A stretch of 64,000 nt of DNA from Desulfurococcales archaeon (GTDB taxonomy: Archaea > Thermoproteota > Thermoprotei_A > Sulfolobales > NBVN01): contig JALWZB010000155.1 of NCBI GenBank assembly GCA_027002995.1, forward strand, positions 26,365 through 90,364, given 5' to 3'. Shown one piece after another: positions 54,086 through 62,637 of the stretch. Numbering within the stretch: the first letter of the stretch is position 1; each line of letters starts with the position of its first letter. The notes below the pieces were generated by a model that saw only the letters and a program-made list of their open reading frames with translations, did not search any database and was not told the DNA's origin. A program made the translations under genes and the position numbers.

Positions 54086-55701
54086 GACTTTAACCTCCCA
54101 ACGACTCTTGAGAGGAGTAATGCTAGTACGTTATTCATTATTGCTTCCGACACTTCCTCTATACCCCATATCATGCAGGATATGTTAACGTAGGTTCCCT
54201 CGTCAGCACTAGTGACTAAGATACTCATATCCGCGCCCACGCCCCAAGACTCGATGTAGGCGAGTCGGGCGTGAATTACGGCCTCATTGCCTTGAGCCTT
54301 TGTCTCGAACTCCAGTAGCTCGAAGAATTCATTTCCTTGTAGGCTCCTTGAGATTTCCTGGACGATCTCAGTAATTTCCTTCCTCCTCAGGAATATGACG
54401 TATCGTTGTGATGGGGGAGAATACACGTCGGTCCTTAGTTTAGGCGGCTTAGATTTGAGGCTTAAGTACGTGAACATTAAAGCCCAAGTAATTACAGCAG
54501 AAATCAGTGAGTTGAAGGCCGAGACCCCTCCTAGGTAGTGGTACGAGTATAGAACAACAGTGACTCCAGGAACTAACGCCACTAGCATCGTGTAGGCAGT
54601 ATTTATTATTGAGGCACCCCAGGGAGGCATTCCCTGAATGCTTAACCTAAGGTAAAGGTTCTTAAGGCTTGGGAGGAGTGCGGAAGCCACAGCTAGGCAT
54701 AGCACTGTAGCCGTCGCCGATGAAAGTAGGGCAACAACCATTGACCTAGTTGTGGGTATCTGCACGGTGCTTATTACGTAGAGTTTCCTGCCGTCTAAGA
54801 ACCAAACCCTGCTAAAGTCAGCATTTCTTACTAACTGCGTAAGCGTGTGGAGGTTGAAGAGCCCGGTTCCGCTAACTACGAGCACGTCAGTGATAGTATC
54901 TCTAGGCACGCTAATTAAGGAGTTGACCGCGTCGATATCACCCACCAACACGTACTTAGGTGGTGGCGTAACTGGTTTCGTGCCTATGTAGGACTGCACC
55001 GGGAGGAGAGGCACGCCAGGTATGATCTCAGCCCTCGCTAAAGCGTTGCCGGGAATTCCTTTGACGATTACATTGAATGCCTTACCCCCGGCTGCAATCA
55101 CTGTGGCGTTAACTTCGTTCGTTGGGCTAATACCTGCATAAAGTAACTCGTGCGCACCCTCCTGGACGCTGGTGTTGAGGAGTCTTTTCAGCTCATCAGT
55201 ACTTAACCCTAAGAGGACGTATATCACGTATGTATTGCCGTTGCACCTAAGCTTTATTGGACTGTTAAGTACGTGACGTGCGTACCACGTCAAGCGCACC
55301 TCCGATTCATTTAATCCCTTAGTAAGGCTGTAGATGCTTTTCTTGGCAACGTCCTTGGGTATCGCGTGCGAGAATTCTATGAAGACTGCCTGCGTAAATT
55401 CGTGTCCGCTCTCCACATTAAATGCGACATAGCTGGTGTGTGAGGATGCAGCGTAACCTGAGATAAGTGAGGTGAGGATTACTGTGGTCATTATTATTAG
55501 TGTTAGGGGGTTCTTGAGAACTACCCACGTGGTCTTCCCTAAGAACGTTATGCGGGAAATGCTGGAGCTTCTCCTGCCAGACTCCCTTTCCGGTGGGTGG
55601 GGTGACTCTGTCTTAATGTACTTAACTGCTAAGTACGTGAATACTGCTGTCGCGGCAATGTAGGTTATCATCATTAGGATGAAGTCTGCTGATAGGCTCA
55701 C
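54064..55701 (-). CDS. Polytopic membrane protein with large extracytoplasmic domain, putative ABC permease partner
   Basis: 545 aa. It has two N-terminal TM helices, a ~230-aa external domain, three further TM helices and a soluble C-terminal ~130 aa. The gene lies between the OPT-like and FtsX-like genes on the same strand. Confidence 0.45.
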   Translation of the reverse strand: MSLSADFILMMITYIAATAVFTYLAVKYIKTESPHPPERESGRRSSSISRITFLGKTTWVVLKNPLTLIIMTTVILTSLISGYAASSHTSYVAFNVESGHEFTQAVFIEFSHAIPKDVAKKSIYSLTKGLNESEVRLTWYARHVLNSPIKLRCNGNTYVIYVLLGLSTDELKRLLNTSVQEGAHELLYAGISPTNEVNATVIAAGGKAFNVIVKGIPGNALARAEIIPGVPLLPVQSYIGTKPVTPPPKYVLVGDIDAVNSLISVPRDTITDVLVVSGTGLFNLHTLTQLVRNADFSRVWFLDGRKLYVISTVQIPTTRSMVVALLSSATATVLCLAVASALLPSLKNLYLRLSIQGMPPWGASIINTAYTMLVALVPGVTVVLYSYHYLGGVSAFNSLISAVITWALMFTYLSLKSKPPKLRTDVYSPPSQRYVIFLRRKEITEIVQEISRSLQGNEFFELLEFETKAQGNEAVIHARLAYIESWGVGADMSILVTSADEGTYVNISCMIWGIEEVSEAIMNNVLALLLSRVVGRLKSWELSQY

Positions 55702-55703
55702 CT

Positions 55704-57416
55704 CTAAGTCACCCCGGCGAGTGAGAGGATCACTGATATGGCGACACCTGCTCCTGCTCCAGCAAGCATTACGGATGCATTATATAGGAGGCTCTCGTAA
55801 ACGTCCGTTCCGACTCTGAGGGCGACGTACTTTATGGCTGAGGCTAGCAGAAAGAGTAGGCCTAGGTCAGGCGTCAGCGTTAGGCCGAGTAATACAGCGA
55901 ATAATGATATACCACCTAAGTGGAGTGCTCTTAAAGCAAGTATCAAGGCTACCGCTAGGATCGCCCCCGTGGCCACAGCTATTATGCTGAACGACGTTAT
56001 GTCGCCGAGGTAAACCGCCTTCATCCACATGACCACCGGCACCCACCTGAGCAGGTTAAGTTTCGGTGAGTTAATGCCGTAAACGCTTAGGAGAATATGC
56101 CCATACATGAACGTTACTGGAGCACCTAGTAGGAGAGCTACCCCTAGCCAGTAAGCCGGTACCTCAGGTTCAACATTAACCGCTTTACTAGCCTTCATTA
56201 CGTTCATTGAGGCGCCAGCAATGAACTGCGGCATCGGTACCCCCGTATAGGGGTCCAGAAGTACGTAGGGCATCGCTTTCCTGGCGCCAGCACCGTATAG
56301 GGCTAGTGTCGCTAGTGGTAACGTGGATTGAGAAGCCGTCCCGGCCTCCCCAACGACACGGATCGTTACTAAGGTGATTACGAATTGAAGCGCTACATAG
56401 GCTGGCGCGATCATGAGGAACCTTTGAGTAACGACACCCATTAAACACGCCACAATAACCGGGATGGACATTAAGGCTATGGACGCCACGAGCCTCTTAC
56501 TTAAGTAGTTACTCATAGCTATGAACTTGAACGTAGATAGCAACACCTTCCTACCTGAGAGCATGTAGAAGGTAATGATTACGACCAAGAACCCTATGAT
56601 AGCCGAGGCCGTTAATGGGGCTGCTGCGACAGCCAAGTCATCTGCTTTCATGAAGGGCGTTGATATTAGTGCTCCAGACGCGACGAATACTGGTGTTAGG
56701 ATAACGTACATTAGTAAGTTACCTATGCCCACACCTACGGAGGTACTTAATGGTATCAGTAACGCCAGTAGGAATACGAAAAGATCTAATGAAATAGCTA
56801 TTGCTGAACCCGGCAGCACTGATTGAAGAGCTGGCGTGGGGTCCACGGAAGGTACGTTTAAGGTGATTATCGCTAGTTCTAGGGTAAGCCCCAAGGTGAA
56901 CGGAATGATTACTTGTTTCTTGGGGAGTAACGATGCTAGCTTAATCATCGCGGACGCAGCTGTCCCAACAGGGAAGGGAAGTTTTTCCTTTTCAGTGAAG
57001 TGCTTAAAGAATACTAAAGAAAGCGCTATACCTGAGGCTGATGCTGCCGTTGCGAAGAGGTAAAAGAGGATTGACTTTACCTGTACTTCCGGGCCGATGA
57101 AGCGTAGCCAGTCAGGAAGTGCTAGTTTCCTTGGGTCACCTACCTCGCCAAGCATAGTGTAAGTTATGTACATGCCTGACGTTATTGCTGTTGAGAGTGA
57201 AATACCTGAGGCTATTGCAATCGCGACCACGTGCTCCAATGGTGTTGGGCGTCGTTTAAGAAGCCCTGTGAAAAGGATTAGTGTCAGCACAGCTGCTATG
57301 ATGGGCGATAACTCTGACGTAGTATACCCTGTGACCGCGTAACCGTAAGTATCTATGAATCCCATTAACAGACCGACAGTAGCTCCGATAGTGATCGCGC
57401 TACCGAGCCTACTCAC
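55704..57416 (-). CDS. Multi-pass membrane transporter, OPT (oligopeptide transporter) superfamily-like
   Basis: 570 aa with roughly 14-16 predicted hydrophobic helices. The opening GSAITIGATVGLLMGFIDTYGYAVTGYTTSELSPIIAAVL resembles OPT-family N-termini. The assignment is by resemblance only. Confidence 0.5.
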   Translation of the reverse strand: MSRLGSAITIGATVGLLMGFIDTYGYAVTGYTTSELSPIIAAVLTLILFTGLLKRRPTPLEHVVAIAIASGISLSTAITSGMYITYTMLGEVGDPRKLALPDWLRFIGPEVQVKSILFYLFATAASASGIALSLVFFKHFTEKEKLPFPVGTAASAMIKLASLLPKKQVIIPFTLGLTLELAIITLNVPSVDPTPALQSVLPGSAIAISLDLFVFLLALLIPLSTSVGVGIGNLLMYVILTPVFVASGALISTPFMKADDLAVAAAPLTASAIIGFLVVIITFYMLSGRKVLLSTFKFIAMSNYLSKRLVASIALMSIPVIVACLMGVVTQRFLMIAPAYVALQFVITLVTIRVVGEAGTASQSTLPLATLALYGAGARKAMPYVLLDPYTGVPMPQFIAGASMNVMKASKAVNVEPEVPAYWLGVALLLGAPVTFMYGHILLSVYGINSPKLNLLRWVPVVMWMKAVYLGDITSFSIIAVATGAILAVALILALRALHLGGISLFAVLLGLTLTPDLGLLFLLASAIKYVALRVGTDVYESLLYNASVMLAGAGAGVAISVILSLAGVT

Positions 57417-58135
57417 TCTACCACCTTATCCTGGGTGTCTAGGCAGGTAAGGCTCTCTGCAAGCTTAAGCACTACGGAACACACATGCCTTAACTCCTTG
57501 CTACCTATCCTCATAGGCAGTGAGCATACTTCACTTATCCTTCTGAAATACTTCATCCTCTCCTCACAGGACATACTTGTTGCTAGAGCCACCAACTTAG
57601 TTAGATACACCAGAGCCTCAATCACTGCCGAGGCTCCCCGGCTATAAGCTACCTTCGACCCTTCACACTCGTATGCATCATTGACTGACCCAATAACTAA
57701 GTCCCTCCCTTTCACATCGCGGTACTGTGCCTTGACCTCACACTCAAGTACTAGGTCAACACCGTTACCCAGCCTAGGTGGACGTACATAATGTGATGGA
57801 AGTAGCGTTAAGGATTGTTTGTGAAATAAGGAGTTAAAGAAGAGGATGGGGTTATGAGTGAAATTCAACGTGAATTCCGGGACCTGACGCAGGTTCATGG
57901 ATGTGCGTGTCTCAGGGTAGGGCCTTATGATGACATCCACATTAGATCCTCTATCAAGTACCTCCACCCCCATGGGAGCAACGTTCACTCTACCGAAACC
58001 GTCTACCGTAACACATATTCCTTCATGTAAACCATACCTGAGATACTTCCTTACTAGGTCTCGCAACCCTACCGATAGCGTCACGTCATCACCCACTCCA
58101 GAGCGTGTTCGCTCTGACACAATTATGGGGAACAC
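57413..58135 (-). CDS. DUF447-family protein (split-barrel flavin-binding-like; methanopterin-pathway associated family)
   Basis: 240 aa. EGICVTVDGFGRVNVAPMGVEV..VIIRPYPETRTSMNL matches the DUF447 pattern (..N.APMG......l.l.py.gs.T..Nl). Confidence 0.65.
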   Translation of the reverse strand: MFPIIVSERTRSGVGDDVTLSVGLRDLVRKYLRYGLHEGICVTVDGFGRVNVAPMGVEVLDRGSNVDVIIRPYPETRTSMNLRQVPEFTLNFTHNPILFFNSLFHKQSLTLLPSHYVRPPRLGNGVDLVLECEVKAQYRDVKGRDLVIGSVNDAYECEGSKVAYSRGASAVIEALVYLTKLVALATSMSCEERMKYFRRISEVCSLPMRIGSKELRHVCSVVLKLAESLTCLDTQDKVVE

Positions 58136-58168
58136 GATTTTAATGAGTTTAATCGAAGAGTAGGTTGC

Positions 58169-58903
58169 GTGGGTGGAGTGATGGACTTGAGAGATCCGGT
58201 GACGTGGTTACATATGTATTCCGTGATCCGCTCCGATTTAGGTTTTGACGAGGGTAGTGACTGTGCCGCTGCCACACTTCTCGACGCCATGCTATCTGCG
58301 CAACGTGAGGACGTGGAGGAACTCATTGGATCGCTACGGTCATTGCTTCAGGGGGCGAGGGCGTTAGTTGTTGGCGCGGGGCCCTCATGCGTTAAGTGCC
58401 GTGAGGTTCGTAACTCGTATGACGTCATGATTTGCGCTGATGGGGCCACGCGCTGTTGCATTGACTCTGGTGTGAAACCAGATATAGTCGTAACTGACTT
58501 AGACGGGATTCAAGGTTTCGAGAAGTTACTTCGCGATACACTAGTTGTAGTGCATGCGCACGGAGATAACATGCGGTTACTCACTACATCACTTCCCTTG
58601 ATACTCAATGTGAGCTCGGGAGTCATAGGGACTAGTCAGTGCTTAGTGAGTAGTAGGGTACGCATATTCGGGGGATTTACAGATGGTGATCGAGCGGCTT
58701 ACCTAGCGAGTTACTTTAATGCTCAACGCATTGGATTAGTGGGTTTCGACTTCAGCGGTGTTATAGGGCGGTACTCCAAGCCCTACATGGTTCGCGAGAT
58801 GCGTGCATCATCTGTTAAGTTGAGGAAACTTAAATGGGCTAGAGTTTTACTAGCATATTTGAGGAGCTGGCGCGGTGAAGGGTACGTCGTCTGGGAAGGG
58901 TAA
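58169..58903 (+). CDS. mptE: MptE-like 6-hydroxymethyl-7,8-dihydropterin pyrophosphokinase (DUF115 family)
   Basis: 244 aa. ALVVGAGPSC, MICADGATRCCIDSGVKPDIVVTDLDG and VVVHAHGDN form the DUF115/MptE pattern. Confidence 0.65.
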   Translation: MGGVMDLRDPVTWLHMYSVIRSDLGFDEGSDCAAATLLDAMLSAQREDVEELIGSLRSLLQGARALVVGAGPSCVKCREVRNSYDVMICADGATRCCIDSGVKPDIVVTDLDGIQGFEKLLRDTLVVVHAHGDNMRLLTTSLPLILNVSSGVIGTSQCLVSSRVRIFGGFTDGDRAAYLASYFNAQRIGLVGFDFSGVIGRYSKPYMVREMRASSVKLRKLKWARVLLAYLRSWRGEGYVVWEG

Positions 58904-59846
58904 GGAAGTCATCATCACCGCCGGGTACAGGGTCCACTTAGGGTTCTATAGGTTCTACGACCCTCCCTACGTTTATGGCTCTCTAGGCGTTAGCCTAAGC
59001 AATCCAAAGCTAACTATTAGTGTCTCTTTGAAGGAACATTCAGGCATACAGGTAAGTGCCCCTACCGAGGAATCTAGAGGCTTAATTCAGCGGGTACTCA
59101 CCTCCCTCAACATTAGCGGCGTTAGCGTTACGTTAAGCGGCTATGTCGAACATCACGTAGGATTAGGGAGTAAAACCAGGATCACCATGGCGCTGCTGAG
59201 AGCCCTTGAGGCACTAGGCATAATTAATGAACCAGCGGATATGCTGGCACGCAGGTTTGGTATAGGGTCTGTTTCCGCTGTTGGGATGTACTCCTTCCTT
59301 AAGGGAGGATTTGTAGCCGATACAGGCAGGTTAGTTTCTAGTGGTGAGGGACCTAATTTGCTACTTTCCCTCGACGTTCCTAGGGAATGGCGTGTGGTGC
59401 TGTGCATACCTCAAGGTAGGAGGGGACTGAGCGAGAAGGAGGAGGAACCTATTCTCAGCGAAGTTAGGCCCCATCCGAAGCAGGACGTGCTTTACGCACT
59501 ATTTACTAGGTTAGTAACGGCAATACCCCTTAGGGATTACTATTCCTTCGCGAAGGCGTTAACTAAGTTGCAAGTACTCACCGGTGAGTACTTCAGCGAG
59601 TATCAGGGAGGGATATTCTGCTGCGACGAAAGTAAGGAGCTAGCGGAGATGCTGGAGAAGTCTGGAGCGCTGGGTGTGGGTCAAAGTAGTTGGGGACCAG
59701 CCGTGTATGGGTTCGTGGATAACGTTGAGAAGGCGAGACGTGTCGCATCGGAAATCATCAAGCTAAGCGATGAAGTAGGGATAAGGACTAACGTGATAAT
59801 TTCCGATATCTCTGCCCGCGGCCATCAGATTGTTAATAAGGTGTAA
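58875..59846 (+). CDS. mptG: beta-ribofuranosylaminobenzene 5'-phosphate (beta-RFAP) synthase, GHMP-kinase fold
   Basis: 323 aa. The opening is ITAGYRVHLGFYRF..YGSLGVSL, and HVGLGSKTRITMALLRAL is the GHMP motif II equivalent, as in archaeal MptG. Confidence 0.7.
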   Translation: MKGTSSGKGKEVIITAGYRVHLGFYRFYDPPYVYGSLGVSLSNPKLTISVSLKEHSGIQVSAPTEESRGLIQRVLTSLNISGVSVTLSGYVEHHVGLGSKTRITMALLRALEALGIINEPADMLARRFGIGSVSAVGMYSFLKGGFVADTGRLVSSGEGPNLLLSLDVPREWRVVLCIPQGRRGLSEKEEEPILSEVRPHPKQDVLYALFTRLVTAIPLRDYYSFAKALTKLQVLTGEYFSEYQGGIFCCDESKELAEMLEKSGALGVGQSSWGPAVYGFVDNVEKARRVASEIIKLSDEVGIRTNVIISDISARGHQIVNKV

Positions 59847-60838
59847 TATACGGTCAACGCGATTGCACTAGATATTATTAATAATAATGTATAGGCGATG
59901 ACTATTTCCTTCTCTGTAAGGGGTTCCTTAAGTATGAGGAGCTGAACCAACGTTACTGGGGCCTCCGGATTTCTTGAGGGTCTTATTCGCCAATCATCAC
60001 CTAATACCGCTGGTCGTACTTTTATTCGCTCCTTGTTTTTCAAGCCCTTGATTGAGGAGAGTATGCTGAAACCATTAAGAACCAGCGGAATTAGCAGGAG
60101 TATGAAAAGGAACTCCTCGCGGCAAAGCGCCATTGCCGAAGCCAGCAACCCTCCCATAAGGAAGGAGCCGCAGTTCCCGTTAAACACTTTGGCTGGGTAC
60201 TTGTTGAAGGGAAGGTACCCCACTAGGCCCCCTAGGCTAGCCATAAGGAATACAAATGCTCCTGGGAGCGGCTCTACTCTAGGGGCGAGGACCATGCCTA
60301 CCAGCAGTGAAGCTAGCACTATTATCGAGGCGGTTGGCGCAATCCCGTTATGTGTGTCAGCCATGTTCAACGCGTTGGCGGCTACGCTATACCCTATAGC
60401 GAACAGGAGTGGGTAGAGTATCGTTAGCCTTAACGTACCATTCAGTACTGGCAAATAAGGTCTCGGGACGTAAGCATGAGCAAGAACCGGTATTAACGCT
60501 GGTGCAACAAAGACCACAACCTTAGCTACTGCACCTATACCCCTCACATCATCAACTAACCCTAAAAATCCGGTAAGTAGGACAGCAAACATGTATATAG
60601 CAACGACAGTTAAGTTAAGGTAAAGCGCCACTAAGGCCGCAATCCCGCACACCACCATTAAGGCAGGCCCGCCCGACTTAGGAACAAGCGGATTCCCTGG
60701 TTTGTGAGCATCGGGGGCCAAGTAGCCTCTAGACCTCTCAATCCTCACGACAGCAGCCGTAACTACGTAAGAAAGCAGTCCACAACCCACGAACCACGCC
60801 AGTAAGTGATAGATGTTTACGCTACCAGCATTGCTCAA
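59825..60838 (-). CDS. GT4-family polyprenyl-phosphate HexNAc-1-phosphate transferase (MraY/WecA/AglH-like)
   Basis: 337 aa with ~10 TM helices. It has FLGLVDDVRGIG (the DD motif) and NMADTHNGIA (the N..D..NG motif). Confidence 0.75.
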   Translation of the reverse strand: MSNAGSVNIYHLLAWFVGCGLLSYVVTAAVVRIERSRGYLAPDAHKPGNPLVPKSGGPALMVVCGIAALVALYLNLTVVAIYMFAVLLTGFLGLVDDVRGIGAVAKVVVFVAPALIPVLAHAYVPRPYLPVLNGTLRLTILYPLLFAIGYSVAANALNMADTHNGIAPTASIIVLASLLVGMVLAPRVEPLPGAFVFLMASLGGLVGYLPFNKYPAKVFNGNCGSFLMGGLLASAMALCREEFLFILLLIPLVLNGFSILSSIKGLKNKERIKVRPAVLGDDWRIRPSRNPEAPVTLVQLLILKEPLTEKEIVIAYTLLLIISSAIALTVYYTLLTI

Positions 60839-60915
60839 GACTTCATGCCTCAGTAATTCACAGGACGGCTTAGCTTAAATTTTTACTAGGAGAGTAGGGG
60901 ACAGGCGTAGGGGTT

Positions 60916-61800
60916 ATGAAAGTAGCCGTCATACACGATGTCCCCGTACCGCCCAGCACAACTAGGCAGATCTTTGTTGCGTTAATGAAGCGTGGCGTCG
61001 ATACGACGTACTTAAGAGTATCCAGGATGACGCCAGTAATAGGTCGGGGCACCTCAGCCATAATCTACGGGAGACGAGTAATTGAGGTCGACGCAGCCAT
61101 AGTTAGAGGGTTAGGCATGGTTACGTCGACTGAGGCAATATTCAAGAGGGTAGATGTGCTGAAGCAAATGCATGACTCGGGAACCCTCATAGTTAACTCA
61201 CCGGAATCAATACTTAATGCACGAGATAAGCTTAGATCCATGCAATTACTGTCAGCTGCTGGCCTACCAATACCGGATACCGTGGTAACCGAGGATTTAG
61301 TGGTCGTAGTAAACGTCGTTAAGGAGTGGGGTAAGTGCGTCATAAAACCCTTAATGGGTAGCATGGGTTATGGGGCCGTCCTTACCGACGATCCGGACGT
61401 GGCTTACATGGTGGCCAAGGTATGGATCTCCCACAACCAACCAGTAATGATTCAAAAGTATGTAAGGTCTATGGACAGGGATATACGGGTCTTCGTGGTC
61501 GGCAACGAAGTCCTAGGCGGCATATACCGTTATGCCCCGGAGGGAAGCTGGAAAACTAACGTGGCGCAGGGCGCGAGGGTTGAGAGGGCCGAACTCAACC
61601 GTGAAATTAAGGAATTGGCGCTTGAGGCTACGAAGAGGCTTGAATTGCTGTATGCTGGTGTGGACATAGGTGAGTTTGAGGGGAGCTATGTTATTTATGA
61701 AGTGAATTCCATGCCCAACTGGCTGGGGTTTATGGAGGGAACCGGCATTAATCCGGCAGAGTACCTTGCTGAGCTAGTGGTTACCTTACTGAGAAAGTAA
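60916..61800 (+). CDS. RimK-family ATP-grasp alpha-L-glutamate ligase (MptN/CofF/RimK-like)
   Basis: 294 aa. NSPESILNARDKLRSMQLLSAAGLPIPDT, VIKPLMGSMGYGA, IQKYV and the region around YEVNSMPNW match the RimK ATP-grasp pattern. Confidence 0.75.
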   Translation: MKVAVIHDVPVPPSTTRQIFVALMKRGVDTTYLRVSRMTPVIGRGTSAIIYGRRVIEVDAAIVRGLGMVTSTEAIFKRVDVLKQMHDSGTLIVNSPESILNARDKLRSMQLLSAAGLPIPDTVVTEDLVVVVNVVKEWGKCVIKPLMGSMGYGAVLTDDPDVAYMVAKVWISHNQPVMIQKYVRSMDRDIRVFVVGNEVLGGIYRYAPEGSWKTNVAQGARVERAELNREIKELALEATKRLELLYAGVDIGEFEGSYVIYEVNSMPNWLGFMEGTGINPAEYLAELVVTLLRK

Positions 61801-61819
61801 CCGACATTAGTTAAGGAGC

Positions 61820-62299
61820 TTATAGCTGGGTTTTGAGGAGCTTTGCCAAGAATTCCGTGCTTACTTGATTTGATATCACCTTAAGAACGTATCGCACGCG
61901 AATGTCTTTAACTCCGTTTATCCTTGCTACAGTGTCTATTTTCTCTGATAGGTCGATGTTGTCTCGGGCAATGATCCTCACAGTGATCGGGTACTCGCTA
62001 CTCACCTCGTAAACCTCGACTGCCCAAGGCATGTTCTTCAACTGCATTAGTATGTCCCCCATCCTCTTGGGTTCTGCCCTAATGTCAACGAATGCCTGAA
62101 CAATGAAGCCTAACTTACTTAAGTCAACGTCAACAGTGAATGCGCGCAACACACCCATTTCTATTAGCTTCCTTACGCGCATGTATACCGTCGACTCACC
62201 CAAATTCAGCATCCTCGCTATCTGACTATAGGGAGTTCTAGCGTTCCTGAGGAGCACTGACAGGATCTTTAAGTCCGTGCTATCAACGCTTCCGGGCAT
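61820..62299 (-). CDS. lrp: Lrp/AsnC-family transcriptional regulator
   Basis: 159 aa. The HTH is DLKILSVLLRNARTPYSQIARMLNLGESTVYMRVRKLIEMGVL, followed by a C-terminal RAM/ACT-like domain. Confidence 0.9.
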   Translation of the reverse strand: MPGSVDSTDLKILSVLLRNARTPYSQIARMLNLGESTVYMRVRKLIEMGVLRAFTVDVDLSKLGFIVQAFVDIRAEPKRMGDILMQLKNMPWAVEVYEVSSEYPITVRIIARDNIDLSEKIDTVARINGVKDIRVRYVLKVISNQVSTEFLAKLLKTQL

Positions 62300-62541
62300 T
62301 ACCGCCTCGCCTCACGCTCCTCGCACTTCTTACCGAACCTGTTCTCAATCACTACTATGGCTCCACGCCCTTCCTCACGAGCATCAATCATAGATAATCC
62401 GTTCTTAACGGAGTACACAGGAACTAAGCTCAGCAGATCCAGTGCGTCTAATTTAATCTTAACACTGTCCCCACACTCTAAATCACGGGCTAGTTCATGC
62501 ATTAGGTCCCTTAATTTTGCCTCAGTACTCACTTTCCGCAA
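62299..62541 (-). CDS. Hypothetical small protein (80 aa) translationally coupled to lrp
   Basis: Its stop overlaps the lrp start by 1 nt. No recognisable motif is present. Confidence 0.35.
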   Translation of the reverse strand: MRKVSTEAKLRDLMHELARDLECGDSVKIKLDALDLLSLVPVYSVKNGLSMIDAREEGRGAIVVIENRFGKKCEEREARR

Positions 62542-62637
62542 TTACGTTCCCTAGTGTCTATGTTTTACGGAGGTTATTAATGAGGAGTATACCACTTATT
62601 TAACGCAGATGCGACTTTTACGCGGGTGCGTTGAACG

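Noticed and set aside
60916-61800. A reading of the RimK-family ATP-grasp gene as LysX of the LysW-dependent lysine/arginine pathway.
   Set aside because: No lysW, lysY, lysZ, lysJ or lysK neighbours are present. The context is the pterin cluster, so I left it as a generic RimK/MptN-like ligase.
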